A stretch of 56,640 bases of DNA from Catajapyx aquilonaris. Its lineage: Eukaryota. Of the stretch, positions 35,701 to 50,037 are shown piece by piece. Made by a program: the position numbers and the translations under genes. The stretch lies in contig JYFJ02002464.1 of assembly GCA_000934665.2 (NCBI GenBank), forward strand, positions 1-56,640, given 5' to 3'. The notes beneath the pieces are model-generated. The model saw only the letters and a list, made by a program, of their open reading frames with translations. It did not search any database and was not told the DNA's origin. Every line of letters starts with the position of its first letter. The first letter of the stretch is position 1.

Positions 35701-38475
35701 TTAATTAGGTTGCAAGGGAGTGGTGTAATCTTGGTGAGAATAAAGATATAATAATTCTGGTCATTTGAAAGTAGTTCCCAGTTTACTGACATGAGAAAAT
35801 TTGAATTGAATGGAATGCTCGATATCGTTATCTCCATTTGGCGATAACCTAGAAAAAAAATTAATCTGAATTTCATTACTCACTTTTGCATGGTACAGTA
35901 TGGTCCAAGTTAAACTTCACACTCTCGAGCAAAATTTTTCGTTTCCTTAATTTTCTTTTTAAATTAATTCAGGCCAGACAAGGTGCCTTCCAGGTGTCTT
36001 GTAATAGAAGGAAGTTTCAGGCATTGCATTGGTGGCAAAAAGAAGCGGAAAAAAAAATCCTCAGGTGTATATAGAAAGGTGGAGTGGTTCCCCTTGATGC
36101 CTCGTTCTGTATATACAACCACCCCCCAACGAAACAAAACACCCCACCCGTTCTCAAGCAGGACCACTCTGGACAAGTGAAAGTGGGTTAACAGACCTCG
36201 AAGGGTCCAGGTACAGGCTACATGTTGTATATAAAAATGTTCGACACAAGTCCAGCCGGAAAAAAATTTATAGTTTTTGTCAGAAGCTTCTTTTTCTTTA
36301 CAAAAAAAAGAAAAAGAAAAGTTCTGTTCAACGACCAAAAGACTCGTCAAGGTGGTTTGGAAAGAAAAGAGATTCATGCTAATGGAAGCCATAATTTCGG
36401 CGCCTAGGACACGACAGACACGACAATTACATTTGAGTGTCTGCAGTCAGGATTGTGAAAGCTAAAATTGGCAAATGTGGACCTGTAGAATTCATGTCAT
36501 CGCAAAATAAGCAGAAGGTCATGTCGATTTTCACAATCAATCGACATTCCTTCGGATTAATTAAATGTTAACAAGTTCAAGACACACTTTTCCTCTTACT
36601 TTCATCTCTCTCTATACAAAAAAGTGACACAGCCATGATTACTGTATTAAGCCTGACATAGAGCTGCCAACTTCCTTACCGGCAGCAATTAACACTTTCT
36701 TTCGCATATCTTGAAAAAGTTCTAACAAGCGCTTTCTGTATTCCACATACTGTATAAACAAACCGTCAAAAGATAAGCCCCCTCAGCATTTTCTCCATTT
36801 CACACAATCCGTGTGAAATCACCACACATCATTCAGCACACAGTTCATCACTACTACGGGGCAACATCCGTCTCGATCATTAAACTTTTGCCCGACAAAA
36901 AATAAACAGGCTGGACTTTTAATCAGTGCTCTTGTAAAATCATCACGTCCCATAAAGTGCCCTGAGGTGCCTGGCAAAGAGGAGGATGACCTGAAGTCGT
37001 GTCTGTATGAAGTGTACGTAGGTCGTGGTGATGCATTTGCATTCTCTTCTTTGCCATATTACCCGTCAGGTTAGGGTCATCGGCCCCGGTGTGCTGACTG
37101 CAAAAAAAAAGTTGGTTCGCCTTTTTCTTTTTTTGCAATGTGCGTGTGTGGTAAGTCAAGCACCAATTCGTCCAATTCGCACCGTTGGACACATCAAAAG
37201 GATCCGACCACATGATCTTCTCTTCAGAGAGAGAGAACACCACCTGAGCTAAGAGGTGATCCGGTCAAATTCCGACCTCAGCTTACTGTATATGGAGGAT
37301 GGAATTCGGCTTTTTTGGACGGTGGGCTTAGACCACAAGGGCCAGAAGATGAATAGAAAAAAAGGTGGTGAAAGCAGCAACAATTTACTGTGCTGGACCA
37401 AAAAAGATGCTGCAAAATTATGTGTCAGTTTTTATCTTAATTACAGATCCGGTGCAGGTGCTGATCAAATATGACTGGCCGCAATTTTTGCGTGTCGCAA
37501 ACTTTTATTTAGTACAGTGAGAGGCGCCAATTAACACTTGGATAGCAACTAATTTATGGACGCCCGAGACAGCATGATTGATACCGCCCCTTTCTGCTTG
37601 TTAATAACATATGGTAGAATTTTCTGATAGACACTGTATAGCAGTGGGACGAAAATTCGACCCATAGTAATTGCGTTGCGATATTTTTACAGTGCGTTCA
37701 ATATATGGCGAATAATATTGCTCACTCTAGCAACCATATTAAAAATGAAGAAATCCGTTGGAAGCATTCACTTTTGGCAACATCACGAGCAATAATCATG
37801 AGACGACCCTTGCAAAATTATTATCCCTTTCCTTTCTCCCTCTCAACCTGTTTAAAAAGGACCCATCCATGCATTCCCGAAAGCCCTACTTCCACTCACT
37901 ATGCCAGCAGGAGAAAGATGGAAGGTGGTGCCTCCTTCACCACCTCAAAAATCCTCGGATCTTCAAGAGCATCACAACATTTTCCGAATCACACAAACAC
38001 CTTTCCAGTCACTCGCGATCACTATTTTTTCCTCTACAGTGACAGCCAGAAAGACTTGGCTTTGCACACCACGAGTTGTTGCCCACTGCTTCTTTGGCAG
38101 CCAACTGAAGAGAAGGAGTCCTCGGAAGAGAAGAAAAAAAAAAAAGCCATCGGCAAGAAAGTTGAGGGCAGCCGGATTGGCTGGAGACGCAAAGTGACGT
38201 AGGCAGGTGTTTCCATAAGAAAAAGGTAAGACATGAAGAAGACGGAGACGGGGGGGGGGGAAAAAATCTTATCCGCAACTCAATTAATGACAGAAGAGGC
38301 GTTCAAGGAACTTCTGATCATTATGCTACTGTATACAAATGTAACTAATTACTACTGTACAAGTGTTAACAGTTTCTTAGAAAATTAATGCAGTACACTA
38401 CAAATACATGGCATAAATGAGCCAAAAATGTCTTTCAATTCTATACGTATATACGAGTACGAACAGTTTTATTGG

Positions 38476-38645
38476 AATACTAGAAAAACCCTCGCTTCGC
38501 TCCCATATTTCTATGCCTGCAGTCTGAGACACTCGCTTCGCTCTAATTTTTCTATGCCTGCGGTTGAAGAAACACTCGCTTCGCTCTCATTTTTCTATGC
38601 CTGCACTGAGATAAACACTCGCTTCGCTCGCGTTTTTCTAGTATT
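38476..38645. mobile_element. Small TIR element containing an internal tandem array of roughly 42-bp units
   Basis: 14-bp inverted ends AATACTAGAAAAAC and GTTTTTCTAGTATT, with ATTGG on both flanks. Four copies of CTCGCTTCGCTC, three of them followed by TTTCTATGCCTGC. Confidence 0.7.
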
Positions 38646-41600
38646 ATTGGGATATCCAAAAACGTGTTGATGTAAATTACACGCCAAAAATTAATTAGAG
38701 CACGATTTTAAGCACCAGAGGTTAATGTGGTTGCTATTTTCACTGCCGCAGTATATCCTGTTGTCCCACTCGTCTTTTAATACCTGAAGTTCAAAAGACA
38801 ATTCAATATTACTCCGAAATGTTCATGACCCGACTCCTTAAAACAGAAATGACTTGATCGGCCGAGTGATCATAAGTTGATGGCCACAATGTGCCAACTC
38901 ATGGTGTGACATAAGTCAGCAAATTTTTTTGGCGAAAAGCGTGTAATACATTCATGAGTCATTACACGACCGTGTCCAACGTAATTTACCGCCTTCGGTA
39001 ACGGTGTACCGAACTATACAACAACACAGGTAGCTTGGTAATTGAAGACTTTTAACGAGACAGTCACTTAGAATTATGTCAATTGTCAGAAAACGCGGAT
39101 TCGCAACCTCCATGAGAACTGGAGCGTTTGTTCCACTAAATTAAATAATAAACTCCAAACAATTTATACTTTGAGGCTACCTGAAATTGCGGCATATAAT
39201 CAGGCATGTTCAAGGCCATTAGTCACGAAAATACCTGCAATTCCTCACATGCCTCATTTCATTCCATTTATGTAACGACTGGTATTTTGGGCGTTCACTT
39301 TCATGACAGCCATGGTCATTATGGGCTTGAAAAATATGCAAATATGGACCTTTTGCTGATTTTTCTGCATCAAATTAGCAATATTCATTCCATCCTCAAA
39401 GGTAGACCTCCAAAGAAAAAGTGGGGCACCATACAAGACTTGCTACGCCCCTCATTTGAGAGGCCACCAAAAAACCAGGGACGACTCACACGCAACTTGA
39501 AAAAGACAAAAGGTCTGATAGGGCTCCTGGCCTTCACTTAGGACAAGTCGTGCAATTGGCACTTGAACAACATGAACGCAGCGGTTTCCGGATGTGCCGT
39601 TAAGCCGCATAAATCATCAGGTGAAATTATTAAAGTGCTGTGTACGTAATCACAGGAAATCTGTTCCAGTTACTGAATATATCCATTGCTGAAGACATGC
39701 ATTGAGAGCGGTTGTGCAATCCAAAGCCGCGTACACTATTGCAAATTGCTCCCATTACCTGCTCAATGCGAGGCATGCGATACGTATTGGGTTAGTTCAC
39801 ACCTGAGAAGGAATTTTGAACTTTCTCTTCGGGATAGAATAAAAAAAATAAAAGGAAGTGTAACAGCTTTGAGTCCTTGAACCATGCACATTGTGATTAC
39901 CACCATAAACATAAAAAGCAAAATTAAAAAATTCAATAAGATGTTATATACCATTTTGGAGCAATACACCGATGACGAAGACAGGACTTGCAGGAAAATT
40001 ACAGACATAAATAAATCTCCCAAATTCAATTGTGTACAAAATATTATTATCCAAAAAAAAAAGTACAATCATCTCAATTTCCATCGGTCCTCTTCAATTA
40101 CATGTGTGATTGAGCAACATACGAGCCCATACTGACCTGATTATCAAAGTCTTCATGTCGAATTATTGCAGAACTCTTCTTCTGATGATCTGTCGGCCAC
40201 GAGGTGTTACACTCCTCCCACAGGCAAAGGGCTGTCAGAAGAGACGGTACCAAGTCGTTAGAAATGATGGATGGACGTGTACATCAATCACATCCACCGT
40301 GATGCCAATGCCTCCATTTAAAGTGCGGACAGATTGCAACTATCGCAACAAGTACAAAAGCTGCAACCAAGCGCCTTGGAATATCTAATTGCCACAAGAT
40401 CGAACTACACGAGATCATATTACACCTGATGGTATTTTGCTTAACTGGTTACTCCCAGTATCGAACTTGATTTCTTACGACTTGGATCCTGGAAACGAGC
40501 TCTCTTTTCGGAAAGGTAAAGGTTCTAAGCCGGAGTGATTGGGATGCAGGAAGGAAAAATTCGAGACTGAAACAACTGCGGACTCAACCACTAAGCCACT
40601 TTATTCTGGCTGTTGGGTTACACATGGTTGAATATTCCAGACTGCTGCTCATCCTAAGGGAAAATCATCCTCAAAGAACAATTAGGAGGATCAATCCCCA
40701 CATTAGGGTGGGAGAAAAATAGTTGACGAAATAATAATAACCACAGGAAAAAGGTAAATGACGACGATAATAATAAAGACCAAGGCTTCAAACCCCCAAA
40801 TAATGGCCAAAAAAGAAACACAAAAAAAAAAAACATTCTGTATATCTCACTATGTCTGAATTGATGTAATTACATGATCAAAGCACAAACAAGAATGACC
40901 TAGTAGCGAGGTATACAGTAATGTCCAAAGGTAGGGTGGGGCGGAGGGGCTTGCCAGGGTCGTAAAGGAGGTTAGGAGAGAAAGGTTACATGATTTACTC
41001 TTCTTTTTTTTAAATAACTTCAGGATTTTTGCTTCACCTCTAAAGTTGGTCAAGCACACGGCTAGGATGGGGAGGGAAGAGGAAAGGATAAAAGGTGGGT
41101 TGGCACACGTAATTCAACATACATACATTCATTCATTTTTCATTCGTCTGGAATGCCCACATTTTCATGCATACACATACATACAATTAGATCACAATCA
41201 TATCAACGAGCCCATGCAACATGGGTTTGATGGTTTGGTTTGAGTCGGGTTTGGGGTAATGTTTTGATTTAGGAACATTTACACCAGATGGGAGGGGGCA
41301 AGTTACACATACTGGAATGGACATATGGAAAAATTGGTAGTTTAATAAAAAAAATTTGACAAATGCACTCCCTTACTGGTGCTGGGCGGCTTTTTAAAGT
41401 TTTTCCAACATTCCGCTACACTCTGGCAGCAATGAAAAAAAAAAGGTCAAAAAACCTGCCCCCGTAACTACCCCCTCCCTCTCCCACACATCTCTCCCGT
41501 CACACAAAAATACATGCTTTGTAACAAAAAAAAGAGGTGGGGGAGTGTGAAAAATGGGGGGAGGTGGCCCAAAAACCAGCAACAAAAAAAACAAAATAGA

Positions 41601-43271
41601 CTTGCAAAATTGCCCCACCTCCCACCCATTGTTGCACACACTCCCCATTTATTGATTAGCAGAATTGGGCTTAATAACAAGTTCGTTTAAAAAAAAAAAA
41701 AAAGTCAGTCGCCCTTTGCCAGCAAGTTATTTTGGTTCACACCCTTTTCTCACTAGGAAATTTCGGTAGTTACTCACAAATAATGCTACGGGTTCAAGGT
41801 TTGGTTGGCGGAAAGGACGGGGGAGGGAAAAAGTCGGGTGGATGTACAATTTTCAGTAAAACAAGGCACTTCATAAAATGCGATCATCATTTTCAACACT
41901 GATGCGGATAATCACATTTTTTTCTTCTTCTTCAAAACGCCAGGAGGGGACCACTTGCGTTTTTTAAGGGGGGGAGTTGGGGGGGTGGGGTTATTCTATA
42001 AATTATTCTCCAATATTTAACTCGAAGGAGCATTGGGAGGAGCAGGGCCTGTCATGAAGTGCCTGTTTTCACCTTTTTTTTTTATTATTTTTAAAAATAT
42101 ACACATGTGCACTGCTTTGGCTTATGAACCTCACCAGAGAAGTCACTTCCACCTAGCACTTAAGAACTGGTGATATATTAACAATTTCACACCACTTGTT
42201 CTGCACTGGTTCAGGAACTGAGGGGAACATGGTTAAAGGGTGGGGTTAAAGGGAGGTGAATTAACTATTGTCAATGTCCAGAGAGAGAGAGAGAACCAAA
42301 AAAAAAAGAAAAAAAAAGTGTTTTTGTCCACATGTTCCTCTCGTCCGCTCCAACAGTCTTGCACTCTGATAATTCCACTCACATCCCTCTCGCACAGCAT
42401 CGCTCGTTCGTTCGCTCACTCGCTCTTGTCTTCGCTCGGTCATCCATCTTTTTTATCCCCAGGCACCAATCTTCCGTCACATCACGCACCGCACACACCA
42501 AAGAATTTGCCTTTTCCCCTCCTCTCCACACCACAAAAAAAAAAAAACAATACTGAGGTATCACACCTCATGTCTCCAAAAAAAAATGTCAAAGAAATTA
42601 TCCTTTCTTTCCTCACACACCAATCTCTCTAAGTTGAGAGATATTTTAAAGAGTCACAAGTGTGCCAAAACAAAAAGACTTGCCCAGTCTTTCTTTGAGA
42701 AGAGGAGGAGGCTTGGGGGGTGAGGGCAACGGCCAGAGAAGAGGGAGGAGTCTGGAAAACCAGGGTCCTCCGCAACTGACACTACTGACAGATTGCAATC
42801 TGCAAAGAGGAGGAAGAAAAAAACCCCAAAAAAATATAATGTGCGGAGGGAGGGAAATATTTTTTTTTCTTCTTCAAATAATATCATTTTCTAATCAGTT
42901 TGGGTCTTGTGGACAAAAACGGGATCAGAGGATGTCGGGCGGAGGAGGAGGTGGAGGATCAGGAGGAGGGGATGGGGACTCACACATCACAGCCTTGTTT
43001 CTCACTGGAGAGAGGAAGGATTTTCGCATTGAGGACCGGGCAAGAACATGATCTCTGAAGGTGCAGAAAGGTGGTGAAGATGCGGACAGAGCAGGAGAAG
43101 GGTATCACAAACCATCCCTCCCTCCACCCTCCCTGCACGATAAAATAAAGTTATCGTACAGGTTGTTTTAAATTAAAATGGAAATTAAAAAATTAAACCC
43201 CCAAAAAATAATTTCTCCTGTAAAGAACACCTCAATTCTAAAAATATGTAATTAACAAAATGTATACTCAC

Positions 43272-46200
43272 CAGCTGGTGGCCGCATTCTTCAGCTTCTT
43301 GATCTCCTTGGTGGCCCAGTTGGCCAGAGTCTTGGTCTTGATAGTGCGGGAACGCCTGCCTTGCGTCAGTAACTCTGAGATTGGCTCCGTGTCCAGGAGG
43401 AGGAGCATCTTCATCCCGAAGGTTTTACACAGGTCCCTAAATGAAGAAACTTGGATGAGCAAGTTTGGCCGCAATGCGTGTAACAATTACCGACTTCCTA
43501 ACGTACCCAATGAGACCCGCACAAGAGGCCACGTTGTTGTCCGATCTCTCAGCATCCTTCCCAACCTCCGTGATAAACTGGACAATGAAGGGCACCTGCG
43601 GTTCCAAAAGGTTGACGTCTGCGTTGGGAATAGGCCCATCCCCTTTCAGTCCCTGGATGATGCCTGCGTATGCCTCCAGACAGCCCTCCCGCAGGTCCTT
43701 CAGGTACTCCATCATGTCAAAGTTGGTCTTGTCCACCTGGGCCTGGGAGGCCTGCGCCAGGGTGGACAGAACCACATCCAGGTACTTTTTGAAGTCTGGG
43801 CCTATCGCTAGGGCTATGTCGCCAAACACCGTCAGAATCTGGGGCTTCACTGATCGGTGGACGTTGTTGTTCTGTATAAGACATAGACGTAATGAATAAC
43901 AACATCATCCCTTTAAATATACAAGTACAAATGCAGACAATGATGCAACTTACCCCTAAGTTCTCCAGCAGAAGCGTCATAATCTCATCACAGTACGGCA
44001 GGATCTTATTGCCCAGCGCTCGACAGATATCACCAATGAGACCCACTGATGCTCCACACACCTTCAACACACAATTTCAAGTCATTGCTAACATCCGATT
44101 TATTCGGAATGAGCTACCATACCTGATACTCCGCATGGTTCTTCAAGCCGAGGGCCAGGAAAGGCTTGAAGGCATCCATGTACTTGAGGAATTTGTCACC
44201 AAGAACCTCGGCCAGAGTGGCCACGGCCATCAAGGCATCCTCCTGGACTCCTCCAGATTTGCATGAGCTGGAATTGAACATCTGGAGCAGGGCTGTCATA
44301 ATGGTGTCGGATATCTGGGGAACATCTGCAGTGGCCACCTTCCTCAAGACAGACTGCAGGACAGCACACAGGGATGACTGAAGGTCATTGTATTGCGCTC
44401 GGTCCGAGTTGGTCTGGATGTGAGACTCCATTTGAAGGACCTGCTGGAGCCGCTCGAGAATGATCATAGTGGTGCGCTGGACGGTCACGTAGCAATCAGT
44501 GGGAGAGTTCTTCACCAGCTCCATAAGGGCCTCATAGGCTGCGTTGCGCATGTTGGCTTGGGCACCATCTGGCCTGTCAGTTGTTTCTAATAAGCGCTGA
44601 ACAATGGGTTCGAAGAACTCAGAGAGACAATAAGTGGCTGGTTCTGGGCCATCCTCGCTGCCCTTGGCCGACTCGTAAGCGGCTTCTGCCAGACTGCTGA
44701 ATGCCCAGCAAACGTTTGTTGCGACTCGTGGTTCCGCTTTAAGTCCAGCCACCAGAGCTTCAAGTAAGGGCTGGAAAAATGAGCAATATTAGAATAAGTT
44801 GGGCTGCGCAACAAGTAGCAAATCACCTTGAAATATGCAGCATTGACGGCAGCATCAGGTATGATCTCGCACACCCTCCCAATGGTCCATGCGGTGGTAT
44901 CCTTAACAACTACGCTCTCATCGTGCATGAGCTGGATCAGGGTGGGCATGGCTTGTTCTACGAGTGGCTTGAGCTGGGTTGGATCAGGTCCCTCCAAGAT
45001 AGACCCAAAAGCCATAACTGCAGCGTCCCTATAGTGCCAGTTCTGACTCTTGATGTTCTCCTTGACAAATGGCAGCACATGGTCGACAATGTCATCCTCG
45101 CAACAACTGGCCAGCAGCGTGAGGCAAACCCCTGCAGCCTTGCAGGGATTCCAGTCATCATCGTCGTCATGCCCTTCAACCTGTTTGGTAAGGGTCTCCA
45201 TCAAGATAGGGACTAGGTACTGAAGGGCTCCCTTGGCATAAAATCGGGAGGAATGCTGTGGGGGACGGCCTAACTCCGCAGCCTCCGATGCTTCGATGGA
45301 CAAGTCGACCTCTTCATCACACACATTCGACCAGAATTCTATCCCCTGAAGGGCAACCTCATCCACGTCTGACTTCATAGCATCCAAGGTGATCTGGGGT
45401 CGGAACAAAATATTAATTTTACACTGTTTTCAAGCACCAAGTCGCATATTATCAACACTTACGGCAAATAGTGCAGGTCCCATGTAGTGCTCCATATACT
45501 TGTAGTATAGGGACATAATCTTGACGAGGCACTGGAGGGCAGCCACTCTGACCTGCGTGTCGGAGGATTGTGTGGCCTCACACACCACCTGCATGATAAA
45601 GTGCCGCTCGCTGTCCTTCTCAAAATTAGCCCGGGTGAATTCAAGCGAGTTGAATAGAGCATTGGTGGCGGCCAATCGCACATGGTTTGAAGGCTCATCA
45701 CGCTTCATCCCGTGAATGATGGCAGTCAGGATCTGGTTTGATTGCGAGACCAGCACTTCCGCTTCGATATCCTGTGAGGGAGACAAATATGACGATAATG
45801 GCCTACATTTTTAAGAGTAACATTCATCCCTGACTTGACATACCTGACAGATGTATCCAATAGCTTCTAAGGACGCCTCTTTGACCATCTCAGTGCTCCC
45901 GGCCTCCGTGACATTGTTGACTAAGATGGTAATAAGCTCAGGCCACTGTGACATCGGCAGTTCGGCAACAGCTACGTATGCTACACACTGGGCTGAGGAA
46001 CTGGGCCGATTCATCTCGGTTCCCAAGGCTCCTAGGATGTTCTTCTTTACGTACATTCGCACCTCCTCTGGGAAGGCCAGCCATCGTTGCTGGTACTGGG
46101 TCTTCAAAGTGGAGTCCTTTGATGTCAATGTATTCTTCAGCTGTAGGCCTGCAGCCATCCGGGCCACAGGACTGTTGCCACCGTGTGCCAAGACGTCCGA

Positions 46201-48380
46201 AAGCATCTTGACAAACTCGGGCTGGTGAAAGAGAAACGCCACATTTACAGAGTGAGTTAATGCTTTGTGTGCACAATGACATCAGGTCATTACGATAATT
46301 ACGAAGGACATGAACTTACCAGGTTGGTCTGTGCCGCATGCTCCAAGAATGCTTGCGCTGATTCAAGCTCATTTTTGTCTGTTGAGATAAAAATGGAACA
46401 TGTCAATCAGCATATCACATGTTTATAGGAGCCTCTGACTTTATATCAGATGTATACAAGGTTATGCAGCATATATTTCATTCACAGAGTACTATCAGAC
46501 ATAATGGACTACACATGAATTTATTGCACACACATCCACTTTTTCCCTATTCCTGGTGACCCTCACAAACTAACCAGTTCCTTTCTATTCATTAACTCAG
46601 GGGGGGAAAAAAAATTCACTGTCAGCTCCTCCTCATGTTACATAACACTGATTACAATCCAGGGTCAAACCTAAACCACTTCCTGCGAAACTCTTTGGGA
46701 TACACACGCCTGTTGTCACGAATCTATGCTGTACAAAACCATCCACAAAAATCCAAATCCACTAAAGTGTTTAGTTGTGGTATTGTTTAAAAATACAAAT
46801 ACAAATGTTGCACTTATTTTTAACTTGGGCATCCTCACATCGTCCAATGTAATTCTGTTTTGTTAACTTGCAATGTATTTCATTCATTTGATCGAGATCA
46901 TAAAATCAGGCGAGAACTGACACAGAAGAGCGGGTCTCATCATAGTAAACATACCACTTCGTATAAATGACCTTGCATCAGGGCCCAAATGGCTCTCTAG
47001 CTGCTGCCACATAAATCTGAATAGAAATAGGTTGTCCTGTATATTGATTCAGCATTATACGCACACAGGTCCACTACACTGAAGCTAATAGGAATTGGTC
47101 TGCGTTCACGTCACAGCTTCCGCTCAATTTCCTCCCAAAATTATATCCATTCCTATGTTACCAGAGCAACGTCTGATGCATCTGTCGGCACCTTGGCAAC
47201 AGTTCAAAGTTCATTAGCAAATGATGCACTTGGGCTGAAACACAAAGTCACGTCATTGGTCCTTCTATGGTTATTGATTGAAAAATACTCTTGCCCTTGA
47301 AACTATTACCACTGCGACTTGATTCAACAAGTACTTTGCCTCAACTTGGTAGCAACGTGGTGAAATGGACTTGACAGCATCCATCCTTACGTACCTAAGG
47401 CATACCATGCTTAGTACTTCTAAAGGTAATCTTGTACAGATTGATCAAGCTTTAATTTTCTTTGAGTATGCATGTTTTGACATGCACGTGGCACAAAAAT
47501 GCACCGAGTTGAAACCTTGCAATATTCTTGAAAGGGTATTCACAGAGACAAATTGCTGTAATTTTTATTCACATACATTCCTACCGCCACCACAAAAATT
47601 AATTGTAACAGCCTCGGTGCAGCTCTGTATCTATTAAATTCTTTACAGTGGCAGAACCACGTAACGTAAAACCCCCACCCCTCACACCTTGACCTCAGAC
47701 AAGTAGAAAAGCAAACAGCCAGTAAAAGCCTCGCTATCCAGTTACTTCTTGTATTTCCGAAAGTGTCGATCAAATACAGTCGACTCCTGATCTGACAGCC
47801 TCGGTTTGACCCACATTGAAAGGCTGGTCCTGCCATTTACGACCTGCATACTTGGGTGTATGAAACCTCTGTTATAATACGCTGTTTTTCACAGTCGCTT
47901 GAAGCCTCGCATTTCACCGTCATATTTTGTAAAAACCCTGCGGAACATTGCATTAGCACATATCCCTTACACATTTGTACAGAGATTGCCATTTTTTTTA
48001 AAACTACCTGTTAGTGTAATTAGTTTCGCTTGTAAATATTCTATCCAGTTTCCACGAGTGTGCAGGGTCATTTGCTATGATATTCATGCGGTACCGATCA
48101 TTGTTTCCACTCCTAAGTAGCACATTTTCTATTACGGAGACACCATGGCTACAGGCCTGTTCCATTGCAGTGTTCTATTGGCAATCACCCCCCATTATTT
48201 TTCCCTATCCTTCGTCCTCCTGCACTTTATTTATCTTTCCAGATTCCCTTTGCTGGCCCCCCGCTGGTGAAGCCGGCATGGAACGCGACCTAGGCCTAGC
48301 TACCCCTGCCCTTCCCCATTACCTGGCGAGACGGTCTTTTGCAGCACGGCGATGAGCTGCATGGTCTGCTCCGGGTTCAT
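43272..48380 (-). CDS. KPNB1: Importin subunit beta-1 (karyopherin beta-1, Ketel orthologue); the last codon is split by an intron
   Basis: Exons: 48380-48323, 46378-46320, 46221-45844, 45771-45463, 45393-44827, 44770-44123, 44061-43954, 43871-43507, 43436-43272. Diagnostic segments [49 protein letters not shown] and [11 protein letters not shown] are present. Confidence 0.96.
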
Positions 48381-48629
48381 GGCTGCGCTCCTCTCTCTCT
48401 CTCTCCTTCGGGCTCTCCTCTGGAAGGCTGCGGGCCGCAAGGGTAAGGGGGGCAACAAGCCGGGGCTACTGGTGTGCAAGGCTCGTCTCTCAGGCGGCGG
48501 CAGGACCCACTCGCCTCTTCCACATGGAGGGGACCGGGCCGAAAAAGGGGTGGCGAAGGATCCGAAGGAGGGGAGGCGGGGGTGCAGCGCGGAGGGATAC
48601 GATCCCGGGATTGAACGTGCACATGTACA

Positions 48630-48835
48630 CACTAGTACGCATGCGTTGACGATGCTGGCTAGGTCATGGCCATACAGCGCATGCGTGCTGCACTATCCTG
48701 TGCCAGTTGAGGTTGTAACATGCTGTTTACACGATCAAGTCAATGACGTCATGCTTCCTAACGCGCATGCGGGGAGTGCAGGGTCGCGCGCCGATTGGGT
48801 TGGAGCTGCTATCCAGCCGTCTCATTGGCGCGACG
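48630..48835 (-). promoter_or_regulatory. CpG-rich housekeeping-type promoter of importin beta
   Basis: Three NRF-1/Ewg-like CGCATGCG palindromes (near 48638, 48678, 48764). CRE TGACGTCA near 48744. Two CCAAT boxes on the minus strand (near 48794, 48824). E2F-like TTGGCGCG near 48825. Confidence 0.6.
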
Positions 48836-49982
48836 GGGCCTCCCTTTCTCCTGCACAAGGGGAGGGCGCCAGAAGCCCGAGCGCAATAGCTGTTCACGCA
48901 GTAGCTGCGTCGGAAGAGGGATAGCCGCTTGCCTTATTAGCCACGGCTCTGGATGGCTCTCCGTGGCTTCACGATGTTCATAATAAGGAATTTAAAAAAG
49001 CTTTCCATTGTTGCATAATTATATCCTTTTCGGCCTTTTGGTAGTGTTTCACTTGATGACCCGCGACATCATTCTGCAGACCATCTGGCAATGGAGCTAT
49101 TAGCAGCTATTCACAACCGCGATCGCCGCGATCGCCGCGATTTGGCTAATAGCTACCCCGCATTGTCTGAACCGGCATTTCGTCCCTGCGTACCTCACAA
49201 CAATCCGGTCATACGGCAACCCACATTGCTTTAAACTTATTGTCGCGTCGTTGTGATCGTACATGACCCCCCGAAAGACTCAATAATTTTGGTGCAATCG
49301 GGTGTTACATGACGGAACTACTTTTCGAGGGCGGAGCAAATGGCGCGTTTTGGTTTTTCGAACCCGCCAAACAGGAAAAATGGATCGTTCCACGGTCGAA
49401 TTAAATAAATGGCGCGATATTAGATGAAAAAATCTGGCACGATCATTGCATCAGGGGGCTGTTGAAGTTGCGGAAAAATAATGATAAAATTGCATTCACT
49501 GCTTTCAAAGTATTCAAACCTAATGAGTCACTTTAATGACGTAACATATAGGCTGCAACTTGGAAAACGCTCACTTATTTTAATGGCAAACAATATTGCT
49601 CCGAAATACTTTGATGCATTATGACAATTATTGCAGTTGCACAGTAGGTACTGTAGTCATTGATTTTACTGAAGAAATATTGTAATAAAGAACTGGCACC
49701 AATTTGTCTCTTAATGGTTCAAAGGCTTTTCCATAGTGTCATACAGTCAATAAAATATTGATAATTTTTTTGGCGCTTTCCCAATCCACTCTCTCTGAAG
49801 GGTGTGGGCTAAAATCACATCGTAGTCCAAATATATTTCTTGCTCCATTAAAATTTAGTGCAAAATATGAATTACATGAGAACATCGTTTCCACAAAATA
49901 CATTGATTCCAAAATCACACATGCCGTATTCCAATAAATTAAATAGTGTCAATTCCACAAAAATAATTTCCATACTTTTAAC

Positions 49983-50037
49983 CAGGGATGGAAAAAGAAC
50001 CGCTTCTTGGAAGGAAGCGGTTCTTTTTCCATCCCTG
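49983..50037. mobile_element. 55-bp minimal hAT-type MITE (perfect hairpin)
   Basis: 24-bp perfect TIR CAGGGATGGAAAAAGAACCGCTTC with a 7-nt spacer. 8-bp TSD CTTTTAAC at 49975-49982 and 50038-50045. Confidence 0.88.

Noticed and set aside
38476..38645. CRISPR-like appearance of the repeat array
   Set aside because: The locus is eukaryotic, the spacers are largely conserved, there are no cas genes, and the array is enclosed by TIRs.
40600..42650. ORFs in the homopolymer-rich region downstream of importin beta
   Set aside because: Low-complexity translations of A, T and G runs, consistent with a long 3'UTR.
48880..49160. Short inverted repeats and (CCGCGATCG)n upstream of the importin promoter
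   Set aside because: No definable termini or TSD, so no element can be supported.
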